Shown here: one piece after another, positions 23,841 to 38,789 of the stretch
Layout of the letters: each line of letters begins with the position of its first letter
Position numbering within the stretch: the first letter of the stretch is position 1
NCBI RefSeq assembly: GCF_964204645.1
Contig: NC_134028.1
Location: forward strand, 20,890,345-20,954,344
DNA from: Tubulanus polymorphus
Lineage: Eukaryota; Animalia; Nemertea
Direction: 5' to 3'
DNA: 64,000 bases
Made by a program: the position numbers and the translations under genes
Notes under the pieces: generated by a model
Seen by the model: the letters and a program-made list of their open reading frames with translations, nothing else
What the model was told of the DNA's origin: nothing
Databases searched by the model: none

Positions 23841-25471
23841 AACCCATCATCTCTGTAGTCTAAAATCACAATCGCAGAAGTTATATCTATATCAGTACCG
23901 CGTTCAGTTTTCTATCTAATAGATTCAATCAATTATAAAATCTTTATCCGCTAAATTATACCAGTAACTCTCCAATAAAAATGGCATTCTCTGCCGGTCG
24001 AAGATGAGGAAATATTATGCAGTTTCGGGTTCTGTCTTCGACATAAGTACAAATGCCATATACGTTGAACGGAGCCCCCTCTGCCACACGACAATGATCC
24101 ATTGACATAGGGGGCCATCAATTTTTGAAAGTGCCCTTTCTCCAAATATTTGTGTCATATCCTATAGAACGGCCCCTTTTCGAGTTTCCCTTAAAAAAAG
24201 ATATTCAAATGCGACGTACGGCCCTGACTTCCAGCATCAGTTAGCATATACAGGGATAATCGGGGACTGAAATTCGGCGGCACCTGTGTGAATTTGACTG
24301 TTACAAGTAGAAACTGACAAAAAAATTCAGAACACATCAAAGCCTGTGCCCGAAGTGTAATTGATCTTCTCCAGCAATTTCAGTGACATTATCAATACGC
24401 TATCAGATGAAGCTCATGGAAAAAAGGTAATGAGTGCTTGGACCGTCTACTTCATGGCGCAATCGATTGAGTAAAACTAAGGTAAGAGAGCTTACAGATG
24501 CTAACAAAAATCATCAAGTACTGCAAACGGAACATCTCTATGAAGCCCGATGGATAACGAAGATACGATGATTGTAACGAGTTTAGTTCTGACAGTCGGA
24601 TACGGATGATAATCATTCTTGACGCGGATGTTAATCAGACGATCTGCGACGTCTTGAAGTAAAGTGTAGCGACAAGTTCCGCCGAAGTTGTAATTGAACC
24701 CGTCTAGGCGTACGGTAGATAATCTTAGTTCTGATCAGATAGGGTCTACTTTCTTCGCTTTTTGAAATCAACTTAAGCAAAGTTTCTACGATTTCTTTTT
24801 TACGACGGCGCCCGGGGCTGGACACAGCATACCATCTCTTAACATGATGACGAATTTTGTGCAGACTACGGCGAGTGAAGTTTTACGATAAATTACTATA
24901 AAATAACGATAAAAAAATGTTTTATTTCAAACATATCTGTAGATATAAAAACATTGATCATGTTTACATTCAAACCTGAAAGAAATAGATATGTTATTAA
25001 CAAACAAATACAATTTGAAATCCTTATAAAAGCACAGTGTATGAAAATTGTAACATCACAAAAATTCAAAACGTCGAATTTGCACTAAATTATTATGAAA
25101 AGTTGCAATAATTTAGATAAATTACAACCTGCAAAACAAAGTCATGACATGATAACAAAGTTACATAAAACGATATTGAAGATAAACGTATTGAAAGCAT
25201 TCTACAAAATATGAAACTATTCTGAAATCATTCACTACAAAATAAACAAAAATCCTGAAAAAGCAAAAACTCTGAAATAGAAAATTTAATTAGTAACAAC
25301 AAGAAAAACAACAGGAGCAGCGACATAAATATAACATCAATCATCATTAATGATGCACATCACTTAAAACAGAGTAACATTTTATTTTTACTTAAAAGTC
25401 ATCAGGAACATCAGGAATCTAAGTCATCAGTTTGAGAACAGGTTTTATCATTATGTAGGATCTCGCTGTTT

Positions 25472-28400
25472 CTAATCCAATATGGCGTTCTCCGACTCAT
25501 CACCAATTACAACACCTCCTAACGATCGTAACAACAACGGCATTTTCCCTCTTCTTTTCTGCTTGTGTTGTTTCTTCAAGTTTTTCTTGTTCTTCGAAGA
25601 GTTAGAGTGTTGTTTCTGCCGAGTAGAATGGTCACATTGAGAATGTTTAGGTAGTTTGAGATGTATGTTATGCTCGGCACATTCTTTTACGTAAAACTTC
25701 ACGATAGCGCATTCGCAGTTTTTACCCGAAGGACATTCACAAACGTTATCAGTACAAACCCTGAAAATGAAATAGAAATAAACCATTACGAGTCTAGTTT
25801 TTATTTCATTATTTTCGTAACTCCCCTTACTCGGTACCAGCCAAATGAGGAAACTGATGGTGCAATTATACCGAAAATCTATTACTCAAAACGTGGAAGT
25901 AAGAACTTTACTATAGAATTAGATATTTACCTGAGAAATGGTTGGACGGGGACTTTCTTGTGACATTTTTTGAACGCCGGACTCTTTAAGACAGCACATT
26001 TCTGATGAGCGCGAACTCGCTGATCCACAGTTTTACACGACGACTTTCTACTATTAAACGGTTCGTCGCAGTTACATTTACCACCGACTCGCCACGACTT
26101 TGCGAAAATCTCCGAATCCGAGACAATTTCCTGCTTGATTTTCATTTTACTATCGTCTTTTACGACTTGATTGAAATTACCGCAAAGACCGCCTAATTTA
26201 TTCTGCCAATTCGCAGTTACGTAAACATTGATATCGCCTTGTTTACTCCAGGTTAATCTGAATCCGTTTATCATATTCACGACCACTGTCGCGTTTTTGA
26301 CGACTTCAATAGTAAAGTTTTCATGTTTGAACGGAACAGCGATTTTACTACGATTCACTCTGATATCCAGATCTCGATGAAGCCCGATAGATAACGAAGA
26401 TACGATGATTGTAACGAGTTTAGTTCTGACAGTCGGATACGGATGATACTCATTCTTGACGCGGATGTTAATCAGGCGATCTGCGACGTCTTGAAGTAAG
26501 GTGTAGCGACAAGTTCCGCCGAATTTGTAATTGAATCCGTCAAATGAAGCGTACGATAAATAATCCTTGTTCGAGTTAGTAACTGAACAGATACTATGAG
26601 CCGCGACACATAGTGGGCAACATTCTCCCTGAGGCCGATAGAGAATAGATTTCTGAAAAAAATGAAAAGATGTAATGTATTCAAGTTTCATGATTTCACG
26701 CAAACATGAAATGATTTAAACGCCAACGAAAAACAAATGGATGACGGGCAGCAACAAAACATATCAAACTAAAATAAATCCCCACATTTAGAATAAAAAA
26801 AGCCCGAAAGTATCCCTGCAAAAAAGTATTAGGATATGGTCGAAACATCGAGTAGGTATTCGCTCAAGAAATAATGGAACAATAATTATTTGTTTTTTCA
26901 ATCACTGATGATTTTGATATCAATTCCTCAATTGTACCAGGATTTCAACCATGAAAACTTAGATATTTACCTGTGAACATTTAGGAGTTGAACCACACGT
27001 TATTTCTTGGCAGGTGACGTTTCCATCTTTACAACTACAATCAGTACAGGATCCATCCTTCCAGATCTGATCAATCTGTAAATAGAATACTACTGAGTTC
27101 AAGGTTGGAATAAAGGACGGATTAGCATCGAAGATAGGGATTTAATTCAAATTTTAAAAGACAGTTTCTTCCTCTTTTATGAAAAATATACTACAATGTA
27201 CAGGGATATTTCGTCTATGCTTAACCTATGGTTATTCGAATATCTGTTTCAAATAATGGTCTTATGCCCTTAACTCAAATAGTAAGATATTTACCTTGTA
27301 CATTTTGCCTTTGTATGCACATCCAGCTGGACGCTTACATTTCGGACAACACGATTTCTTATCGTAGACCAAGAATTGTTTCGGGCAATTCAGATCTGGA
27401 CACGATTTACGATAACACTGCATCCCGCCCTTGTAACAAGAACATTTCGTGCATTTATCCGGCATGAAATGTCGATTTTCTTGATGAAGATGACCGCGAA
27501 ATAAACAACTGCCGTGAATAGAACTGACCGATACGGCTTCTTTACCTGCAAGAAAAATTGAATTCGATTTAATAGGCAAATCCACAAAAATTATTTTTCT
27601 TAACCCTTGGGTTAGATGCCGAGGGAGGGTAGAGAATAGAAGAAACTTTGGCCAAAGAATTGTGCAACCACCAGGACTCGAACCCATGTGCCCTGGACAT
27701 CTTAAAAGATTACTTACCTTTACAAATTGGACAGCACTCGTTTTCTTCGTGTACTTGATATTTTTGTGGACAATTTAAAACTGGGCAAACTTTCCGAATA
27801 CACGTCAATTCACCCGACTGAAATACAATGATAACAATGACAATGACAAATTGAACGTGTATATATCAGTGAAATACGTATGAAGTGCTCTAAAATTTTA
27901 GAACTAAACATGATTATTCGTTTATACCTGGCATTTACATGTTGTGCACTTTTCACCGGGTTTTGTCATTGATTTCCCATCTTCGACGGTAATTCCGTCC
28001 AGAACGCAACCTTTAGTGTTCTCTTTCTCGCTGCTACAGGCCGGGCAACATTGACCCGGTTTATATATCTGTTCACGACATCCCGCGCGACATTGTACTT
28101 TACTATGAGTTAGAACACCGGACTGAAGAAAATATTTTAAAAAAAATTTTAACATACGTTTTGAACATGTAACAATCAGGATCCAGTGAGTTAGAATCAG
28201 ATATTTTTCATTCGGTTTAGTGAATTAAATTTCTAACGCCTTACACTGCGGAACTGGGTCGTAGCACTACCAGCACCAGCAACGGATATTTTCAGACGAA
28301 CGTGACATAGGCCTATTATTTGAGAAATCCAGATTAAATTTACTTACCGAACACGAGTGCTGTTTACAGGGATCTTTTTCGTCAATCCATTCAGCTCCAC

Positions 28401-28583
28401 TTTTATATTCTTTATTCCGATATTTACAGCCTATGATTATCAAAGAATCAGCATTTATATATCATCTGATAATATGTTAATTTATGTGTCATTATCATTA
28501 GATATGATAAGATATGAAGACTAACCCGTTACTGAATAGATTACTGAAATCAACACAATCATTTTCAAGATGTAATAATCCAT
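25472..28583 (-). CDS. BMPER/Cv-2-like copy 2, apparently intact (one codon shorter in the last exon)
   Basis: Same exons and splice sites as copy 1; the large exon is open (ORF 25927-26703). Confidence 0.85.
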
Positions 28584-30253
28584 TATAATCTTTCAATTCT
28601 TTGAGTGGTAATCCGTCAATCATCGATTGAATGTTAATTCGTTAATCCCGCGTTTACTGATTATCCGCTAATCCAATGATAGTGATGATGATGACTAGTC
28701 ATTGACTGAACTGATTTGTTGATGTCGCATCAGATTGTTTTATACCGGGATCATCTATCACTCAAACCCGACACGTGAGAGAGGAGCACATGTCATTAAT
28801 TAAACACTGGCGACTGACATTAATTACCTGATTACATATTTTCGACTTCTGTGAACTGTTCTGATGCTGTTCTAATTATTGTAATTGAGTAAAATCAATT
28901 AAGCTCTAATTGACTCTAAAACGACGTACGATATAGATTGATTAATCACATCCAGTAATTACAACGTGACGAACTCTACTTTCGTCGAATGAAAAATTCG
29001 ATGTTTTCATACGCATCCAATTAACTCCCTTTCAAAGTTTGAAAACCAACTATACACAAATTTTAAAACAGTTAAAGCGAATTTCATTCATCAAATATTA
29101 GAATCAAAAGACATGACGCTTCCAACTCGCACTAGAGTCAGGTGTCTACTCTCCACGTCAGAGTGTGGCTATTCTACTATCACCTCCTTCGGGGTTTGTG
29201 TTTTAGTTTTTGGGTGTTTGTCGGTTGTTTTCCGCTTTTCTTGGGCGTGTGTTTGGTGGAGTCGCCTGGAAGCTGGTCTCGGTTTTTCAATGTCTCGTCT
29301 ATTTGTGTAGTAAATTCGCACAGCAGGAAGTGATAATATGTTTCTTTGTTAGGCAACTGTGAACATCTTAATATGCATATGAAATAAATGCATGTACAAC
29401 GTATTCATTTCCTCAGCAACGACAAAAAGTATAAAGCAGGACCCAGTTCTACAGTTGTGAGTGAGTTAAAGTTCAATGAGTTAACTCGGAGTTTAATCTG
29501 AACTCGAAACTGTTTAACTGGACCCAGGACAATATATAATGATATTAATCGCACCATACACATGTCGATTTATTTGATAAGCCAGTTGAAAATAGAACAA
29601 AACCCAACTTGTCGCTTACCGGTTCAGGGTCCAATTCCACAGTTCCGAGTTAGGATTTAGCTCCGAGTTAACTCATTGAAAATGAACTAGCTTTAACTCA
29701 AGAGTTAACTCTAACTCACAACTGGGGAACTGGGCCCTGGTAAGATAAAAGATTGGTTACACGAATCAGAAATTCCAATTGTGTAGTTCGTTTTTTTTTT
29801 CAGGTTCGCTTCCAGCTCGTGTTGCTATTATTTCAATGGGCAGAAAATCCATACTACTCTCGCTGTGTTAATTGCGGCTATATGTATTGTCTTCATTCAG
29901 TATATGACATCGTGGGTGGTTTAAGTATAAATCATTGTTCATGAAAAGAGTAAATTCAATGTTGTCTATTATCGGAACAAGATTGATTCGTAAATACGAA
30001 ATGCGCGTGTAGTATGATAAATATATATAACTACTCAAAAGTTCTATTTAAAAAGATGAAAATGTTTGTTTTTTTCAAAAACATCTATTTCAACTCATCT
30101 AACATTTGACGTATACATGTATGTATGTTTCTAGAGATAATTGCACCCTGCTGAACGACCGTGCCGTATCACGACACAGGTATCAAATTTGATTTAGAAG
30201 TTTAATTGGGCGTGTTGGGTAATCCGCGACGAAATTCCTATAGCAGCTCGAGA

Positions 30254-31267
30254 ATGAATGGTAGTATGAACTACAGCAGCAGCAATAGCAGCAGCAGCGG
30301 TAATGGTGACGGATTGAGATGTCCTGTGATGAAAATCAGTGAAATCCTTACGATGTTAAACATATTTTATGTCGGGCCGATTTGTGTCGTCGGCATCGCA
30401 TTGAATGTCTTAAACATACTTATTTTACGGTCGTTTCGTTCGCCGATCGTATCCGTTTACCTTTTACAGTTACTAGCGGCAGCCGACATATTTTACCTGG
30501 TCAGTTCTTTTTTCTATTTCACCGTCAGATTTTCGGCTTATTACTTCATGAAAGGTGAAATCGTCTTCCGTCTCAATGGCGGTAACATCTTTCCGCGGTT
30601 CTACATACCGGCGCTTGAAATTTACGGCTTTTCGATTCTATTTCGCAACATCTTCGTGCCAGTCGTTTCGGTTGACCGGGCGGTGAATTTGTATTTTCCG
30701 TTTTTCGCCCGCCGCCACGTCACAAAAAGGCGGGTGACGACCGTATTCGTGATCCTATTGGTTGTCTGTTTTTTCGGCCGTGGTTACTATATGCTATTCG
30801 GAGTCGGGAAATTTGGATACTGACCGAACAAATGCGACCAAACGATGGAAATCTACGCGCTGAAACGAAGTCCTTTCATCAAGAAAATGCATAATTTGAG
30901 ATACTACCTTTGCGTGTCGTTCGGACCAATGCTCGTACTTATAACTTTGAACTGCCTGATTACATATAAAGTCGTATTTCGAACCGGAATCGGGGCGGCT
31001 CCGTCGAAAGCACGCTCACCATCTAACGCGCAAGCCACGAAAACCGTATTAACGATCGTGTCGTTGTTTATCGTTTGTGAAATGGGCCCTGTTATCGATC
31101 GGTTGAGTCAGCTGATTTTGGGCCGCCGATATACATGGCATCCGCATCTCCGGAAAGCGTCGCTCTATTTGTCCGTGAATGATTCTTTTTTGAATTTTTT
31201 TGTCTATGTGGCAGCAAATTCGCGATTCCGCAAGATATTCGTGAATATGCTAAAACGGGTGAAATAA
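30254..31267 (+). pseudogene. GPCR B copy 2 with in-frame TGA at 30821-30823
   Basis: A different CGA>TGA change from copy 1; the rest of the frame is intact. Confidence 0.85.
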
Positions 31268-33315
31268 GAAATTCATTCCAATTCCGGATTACAAACTCTC
31301 TACCGGCCGCTTCTATCAGGTGCCAAAATTAGGCTCGGGCCTGGTCCGACGTTTTTGGTCGGGCCAAATTTGGCCCGGGCCAAACAGGCTCGGGCCCATT
31401 TGGCACCCGTGTGAACAGTTTTTCCGGGCCAAATTTGACACGGGCCAAAAATGCATGTGTGATCGCGGCTATAGAGACGCATGGCTTACCAAAGAGCGCG
31501 CCGATTTTCATGTTCAAATTCAAACCCATTCAGTCAATACTAAACAATGCTTAAACCATGGAATCTAAAACGAGTCCATACTTAAACAAAGCGAAGTGAC
31601 TGACTTCTAGAACCAGTTTAAGTTAACACGCTTAATTTGACTCAGGTCTGGTCCGTCGTTTTTGGTCGGGCAATTAGGCACGGGTCCATTTTGCAGTTTT
31701 TTTTTCGCCAGATCTCTCCACCCCTACACCTTCTAACTTGATTTTTATCATCCACGTATTTACATTTCGATTTTGTCAGCTTGTGTTAATTTTATACTCC
31801 TGTAAAGCACACTGATTACAATTTACAGCAGTGTGCTGTATAATGAAATAAGTAATATTGATTATTAATATCAATTTCAAGTGTGAATTTGTAGTTGAAA
31901 AATAATTGATTTGATTAACAATATAATTTGATCTAGACATCCCAGCGTCAATCAATCAAGAAAAAATTTAACTAGTCAAAGACTCAAGATCAAGTAAAGA
32001 AAACGAAAGATGCATTCTAACAACTGATTGCGATGTGAAGACTATATTAGGCTCATTATTAGAACCTACACTACAGCTATTTAACTTTCTAAAGATGATT
32101 CGTCGCAGACCCTCACATACCGTGTACATTATCACTCAAATTGCCTAAATATGTCTGGTGCCGTCGCTATAGTATACTACTTATTAAAAACAATGATTAC
32201 ACCAATATAATTAATATAAGCTCAGGTTTTTAGCGTTTAGTGGTTTGGAAGAACATTGATCCCAAGGCTATATTTCGAATAACAGACCAGGTCCAGTTTC
32301 CTTCGTTTGACATTCGGAGGAACATTCCTCCCGAAGTCGATACTTTGAATATCAGACCTGAAGGTCAAATTCTCCTCGTTTGACCTTGGGAGGAATATTC
32401 CTCCCAAAGTCAATTTTCACAATAGCGGTCCTCTTAATTGATGACACTCAATGAACGAGCGGCTCAGATTTCGATTGTGCGCCTATCGCGCTTTCTGTAA
32501 ATGTGAAGACCTCGGGGGCATTATGTTCTCTATAGCCCGACACAATCCCACATTCCGGACTGTTAATAGGTCGATTTTACGGCAGAGTCGACATGTTTCA
32601 CCAATTCTTAACTGTTCATTTATGAATATGTGAGGACTTATGAACTAAAAATTAGTTAAATTTTTGATACATTTTGAGAAAGTCATTTGAGACTGCGTTA
32701 GAAATGATAAATTCACACGTAAATGTATGACATAATGCTGCGTTATATTTCACGGTCCAGCAACATCCGGGAACCTAAAGTACGTGATTTACTTATCGAC
32801 TTGATTATGGTAATATGTGGTAAGGGAAGAGATAATACGAGCCATGAGACGGGAAAATACACAATATACACAGCATTTAGCCGAACGTTGATCTAAATAT
32901 GCATATCATTTTAATATACATGTAGAACTTTTAATTTCTGGCTGAATTTATAGTGGGATTTCTCTCGTTAAGATGTTTTTTTTTCGTTCTGTCAAAGCTA
33001 CGTGTTCCAGAATATAGTTCTCGATTAACCAACTGCTACATTTTATATCTTACATTCCTTTTCTCGGTTTCAGTTTATCCAAGCTTTGCTTTTTCAGATG
33101 AACCCGAGTTTTATATGACAACATGGTGTATTGATTTTCACATTGTACGAACAGTTGCAATTTATTTCTGAAGCAAACAACTGAATAAACTGAAAGTCGA
33201 CCTTGACACAAATTATCCATTCATGCGATGTAGATTGAACTCTCGCTTTTCGACATGTCGATTTATATCACACTTATACTCGATATACACTTTGTAACGA
33301 AAAAGCCTTAATAAA

Positions 33316-33481
<166 letters not shown>

Positions 33482-34095
33482 TTATTGTCAAAGAAGAATA
33501 CTTTTATGACAAGTACATAATTGTACAATATTTGTACAACGATGACGGATAACCGCATACAAGGATAATGTGGATATTAGTACGGATAGTAGAAAGAGTA
33601 CAGGAAATAATAGATAACATTGTATCTTTAGAGTTATAAATTAACAGACTCCCGTTTGACTTTAACTCTATATAAGTACTGGTGGAGGATGATCATGTTA
33701 CATGATTTACTTATAGATTTTACACATTTGGAAGTGTAAGGATTACTGCGTATGTTTTTCTCGGAATGAATCTCTCCCGTTCTTCTCTGTAGAAAGGGCA
33801 GATTAAGAGTGCATGAAATTCGTCTTCTACTACATTCATGTTACATAACTGACAATAAATTACGCCCGTATATGGATGTGATAATTAATGACTCTATTTA
33901 CGCAGCCGAGCTACTAAATTCACGACGTTAGATGATAAAAAATCATATCATTAATGAGATATTTTATACATACCCCTAATCGGATACACAGTGAACGTTC
34001 GTTCTATCCTATCGTCATAACTAATCGGATTCGTTTTTGAAAGGTGTCGTGGATAGTACAGTTCTACTGCAGCTTGGTCGCTCACAGGTCGTGGG

Positions 34096-35175
34096 ATGCT
34101 CGTCGAAAACATTACTAACACGGGCCGAACACCGACAACACCGCAACTCAACGTGTGCCAGAGAATTAAAACTCTCCCTGTTCTATGGATTAACAAACTC
34201 AATGTTTCTGTATATTTAGGCTGGTATCTACCGGCATCTATACTGGGTTTGATATTCAACGCATTCACGTTATTAGTTCTAAAACGGTTTAAATCTGATA
34301 ACTATTTTCTCATCAAAATTCTCGCTCTAAACGATCTTTTCTTTATGATCGCTACATTCATTCTTTATCCGCTGAGAACTGCGTACGTTTTCGTCGTTTT
34401 GGGAGATATTGTATTTCGCAAGAACGATTGGAATTTTGGTTGGATCTTCATCTCAGTCGCTTTGCCATTTTTTTATATATTTCAGATGACGCGTAACTGG
34501 TGCACTGTACTGCTCAGTCTAGAGCGGTTGATCGTCGTTTTATTTCCAATTAAATCTCGAAACTTTCCCAAGAAGTTAATTTCACAATGCGCAATGGTGT
34601 TTATTTCACTTTTAAGTTTTTTTGGCCATTTCATTCGTTTCATTCCTAACCAACAACTTGGATTTATGGATTGCCCGGTTGAGTGGCCATATGTGACAAT
34701 ACGTATTAAGTATTATGACTACCCCGAGTGGTTTAAACAATACAGATGGCGATCTGCAATTTCTAGGGTCTATCTCTTCATGTATCTTACTGTTATAATC
34801 CCAATATGTGTTTTAGTCGTTATCAATGTTATTCTTATTTCGGCAATATTTTTGGATCGGCTTAATCGACGTTCAGTGCTCGGTGTAACAGATGAAACGT
34901 CTAGAAGGGAAATAAGGGTTTTAAGAATGGTTTTATCAGTAGTTTTGTTGTTCATCTTCTGTGAAGGTTTTGGATTCATTGATCGTTTAATGAATTTAAA
35001 CCGTATCCCCGCCATTCCGGGTATGAGCCTGATAGCGCTGGGATTTTCAATCATCGATTCGTCCGTAAATTTCATCGTGTATTGCGCGACGGATGAAAGA
35101 TTTAGGAAAGTAGCTTTTGATATTTTAGGCAACGATTGCCGCGAACGACGGGTACCGATAAAAGAAAAAGGATAA
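34096..35175 (+). CDS. GPCR C copy 2: single-exon rhodopsin-family 7TM receptor (FMRFamide-receptor/Srw-like orphan), 359 aa
   Basis: LALND, RNWCTVLLSLERLIVVLFP, CE in TM6, DSSVNFIVY..DERFR. Confidence 0.9.
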   Translation: MLVENITNTGRTPTTPQLNVCQRIKTLPVLWINKLNVSVYLGWYLPASILGLIFNAFTLLVLKRFKSDNYFLIKILALNDLFFMIATFILYPLRTAYVFVVLGDIVFRKNDWNFGWIFISVALPFFYIFQMTRNWCTVLLSLERLIVVLFPIKSRNFPKKLISQCAMVFISLLSFFGHFIRFIPNQQLGFMDCPVEWPYVTIRIKYYDYPEWFKQYRWRSAISRVYLFMYLTVIIPICVLVVINVILISAIFLDRLNRRSVLGVTDETSRREIRVLRMVLSVVLLFIFCEGFGFIDRLMNLNRIPAIPGMSLIALGFSIIDSSVNFIVYCATDERFRKVAFDILGNDCRERRVPIKEKG

Positions 35176-35406
35176 AAAATGCCGAATATGGAGCGATGTT
35201 AGAATTATAGTGGAAATACCCCCCATAGCATACGTCATTATACGACTGACCAAATAAGACCATACCGCTTGCCCATTGCATTTAACACGCACAAGACGTG
35301 TAAACTCATGAGACATAGTTGTTTTGTTCATTACAATCTTGGAGGTTGATATTTCAAAGGGGAAATGATTATACCTAAGGGGTTGTCCTTATTTGATTTT
35401 GTTCTC

Positions 35407-35453
35407 AGTACGCCTGATGAGGGCTAACAGTTATTAGCCGAAACGTCGCTACT
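35407..35453 (+). ncRNA. Minimal type-I hammerhead ribozyme motif (Penelope-type)
   Basis: AGTACGC-CTGATGA-G-GGCTAA-cagtta-TTAGCC-GAAA-CG-TC-GCTACT: both core boxes, stem II, GUC triad, bulged stem I and a vestigial stem III. Confidence 0.6.
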
Positions 35454-35811
35454 CAAATATAATCATTCTGATAGAGAATTTTTCAATCTTGGCTTCGTTA
35501 TTGTGGGATTTCTCTCGTCATACTATGCCTTTACATGTCACTTGTTGACAGGCGTCCGCAAATTTTTTCAATTTGAACCAGTTTTCATTTTCCAAAGAAC
35601 TAATTTGAAACCTGTTGCAATAGCATTATGCAATAATTTCCAACAAGTATCTGCTCTTTATCGTTTGTCAATATATATATATTTATTATAAACCTCGTTC
35701 ACAATATCCGGCCAGTGCAAAACCATCATTTTCTGTTCGCCCCCAATCGATGTTTTTTATGGAGATGTTTGAACAATAGAATTGTATATAAATGTGAGGT
35801 GTTAAAATATG

Positions 35812-36580
35812 TATAATAATAATGATAATAATAAGTGTCTTATAAAGCGCTAAATACAACTCACGAAAAAAGCCGCTCAGAGCGCTTCACATAAAAGCCT
35901 CATTAAAGAGGAAATGTTAAAGTTGCCTCTTGAAGATTTCCAAAGATTTTATAGACCGGAGGTCTCCAGGAAGCTGATTCCACAAGGGCGGGCCATCGAT
36001 GGAAAAGGCTCGAGAACCGAAAGGCTTTCTATTGTATCTATGATGATATGATGATATGATTTATTTTCAAGTAAAGTTTTTACAAAATTAATGAATCTAG
36101 GGACTGTCAGTGAGATAAAGACAGAAGAACGGAGAGGACGGCAAGGGGCATGAATATGAATGAGGTCACAGAGATGTTTAGGAGCCAAATTATGTATGCA
36201 CTGGATGATGAAAATGAGAACTTGGTACTTGATTCTTTGTTCAATGGGTAACCAATGTAATTCCATAAGGACACAGGTTTGATTGATTTATATTTTCTGG
36301 TTTTACTAACTAGACGGGCTGCTGTGTTTCGTACTAGCTGGAGAGGTTTCGTTGAGGATTTTGGTAATTCAGCGTGAACAGAGTTACAAAAGTCAAGACG
36401 GGTTGCGATGAGTGCCTGCACATAAATTCTTGTGGCATCAACAGATATATATTGACGGATTTTACCAATGTTGCGAATGTAAAAAATTAGCAGACTTCAC
36501 ACAGCTTGAAATGTGGTCTCTAAATGTATTAGTAAATATTGCTATGTATCAAATTGGACATAGATTTCTGGTAAATCACC
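35812..36580 (-). mobile_element. Decayed L2-clade LINE 3' end (copy)
   Basis: Near-identical to 253-1020. Confidence 0.85.
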
Positions 36581-37133
36581 ACGATTTACATTTCCGTCAG
36601 ATAGAATTAGCTTCCAACGATGCGGTATCGAATCGCGTCCATATTAGTGTGCTTTGTAATACATTTTCAGGGGTATTTCGTCAAGGTAGCTTGTAATTGC
36701 CGCGATAATCATCGAATGAATGTTGCAGATCCGTGATGTATGTATTCTGTGGAATCGGTTTCGTCCAGTTCCGACACGCCCATCAGCGCACGTGGGAGGT
36801 AGCTGCTTGTAAAAATTACAATACACAAATTGCAAATGCTGTCAAAATAGAATATCGTGTAAAAGTTATTTTCAAATATGTGATATAATCACAAATATCA
36901 AATATGCAACTGGTTTGAATTTTAGTTCAGCCATTACTGAGAAATTCGACTTTTAAATCGGCAATTTCAGCACGTGCTCACTGTTATTGTTAATGTTAGC
37001 ATTTCACCTCGTTAAGAAATCGTGGAAAATACAATTTTGATAGCAGTATATATATTTGTTTCAAGCCCATACAGATTCTTCCCTTAAAGAGAAAATGTTT
37101 TCCCCTTTAATCACTTTATAATCTATTTTACAG

Positions 37134-37461
37134 ATACCGCACCGTGGGAATTGCTTCGGCGTTTGCCCGAGTTGGTTCGATGACAGCACCATTCGTCGCT
37201 CATTTGGTTGGTTTCATCTAGTAAATGTCACTTGTCACTTGTCATTTCAATATTACGATTGAATTGTTTCAGGCTCAATTTATATCTTGGTTGCCAGGCG
37301 TGATTCTCGGGTGTATTGGACTGGTAACCGCTTTGTTGATGTTACCCTTACCGGAAACTAGAGGTGTACCGATGCCTCAAACTATCACTGATATCGACCG
37401 ACCTAGAAACGACTCGATAAACCGGACTGTAGATGAAAATCATCTGGAACAAATTAGTTAA
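37134..37461 (+). pseudogene. SLC22-like 3' exons, copy 3
   Basis: Same two exons as 1579-1906. Confidence 0.8.
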
Positions 37462-38789
37462 TTTTTACCTCAGGTTAACAACAATGAGGACTCTACGTTC
37501 GACTGTGGCAATCGAGGATTCCACTTATGGCAAGCGACGATCCACTAGGTTCGCTAGTGTGCATTCAGACAACGACTCCCGGATTTCTTCTCATATTCAA
37601 TTAAAGTCTATCCATAATTTCTCAAATTCTTTGAATGGTGATCAGTAAAAACCACCTTAAATATGAAACTTAAGATCATATAAGTTTATCAAGACGAGTG
37701 ATTTGCCAAATTTCTGACGAGGGAGGCTAAAAATCTAGATGAAAGTTCATTGAAAATGAACTGGATTTTGACAGGGTTGTCGCACTGTTACGCACACCAT
37801 CTAGCGCGATAGCTGGTGGCACGAAGTCCTCATAGATCCATATTTGGAATCATTACTTTATTTTACTTGGTTTATCGTCATAATTACAACATATACAATG
37901 GAATATTCAATTTTGATCCCAAATACATGTAGCCATATACAAAAAAAATATGCGTTAATACAATTTCACTCCTTTACACCATGGACTCAACAACGATCGT
38001 TATGGAACTGTAGATGTGTCAAATAGGTATATAAGGTTTAGTAGGTAGGAGGTAGATTGATTGAGTTATGAATTTTTTATTCTTACTAGCGATAAATGAC
38101 AACTATTAGGATTTTCTTAAAGGGACAGGATATTCTAAAAAATGACTTATTTCATCCTACTATCTATGGAAATAACAGACAGTCCTACGCATATGTCTGA
38201 TATATGTAGAACTGAATTTAATGTCAATTTTTGTAGAATTCTATAACTAACTAAATTAAGCATTTAAGAATCACATCCTCAATACATTCCTCAACAATAC
38301 TGTTTTCCTTCTTCATAAACAACATGGAAGAATGTGTGAGCAGGTATAACATGAGGAAATCGAACTCGAAATCATACTACTTTTATACGCGGACGATACA
38401 CGGTGATTCTAGTAGAATCACCAGATGAAATTCGAAAGAATAGCAACCAAGTTCTATAAGATCTCTAATGGGCGTCGAGCAATAGACACCAAAATATTTT
38501 GTATATAGAGATGGGGGATCAGTATGTAGAATTAGTACCCACTTTCAAATAGTCAAATATGCTGGTCCCAAATCGTTTAGAGCAGATATAATAAATTCAC
38601 ACGTAAAATACACAACATAACGCTGATGGATATTTCACTGTCCAGCAATGGTTATCTAGGCATCTGAAGTCAGCGATTTACTTAATTGACTAACGGCAAT
38701 GTATGGTAAACCAAAAAACAAGCCTTTTAGAATCGCCAGATTCAGATGTTCATGCTGTGCACGTTTGTACATCGTGATCGGTCGGCGCA

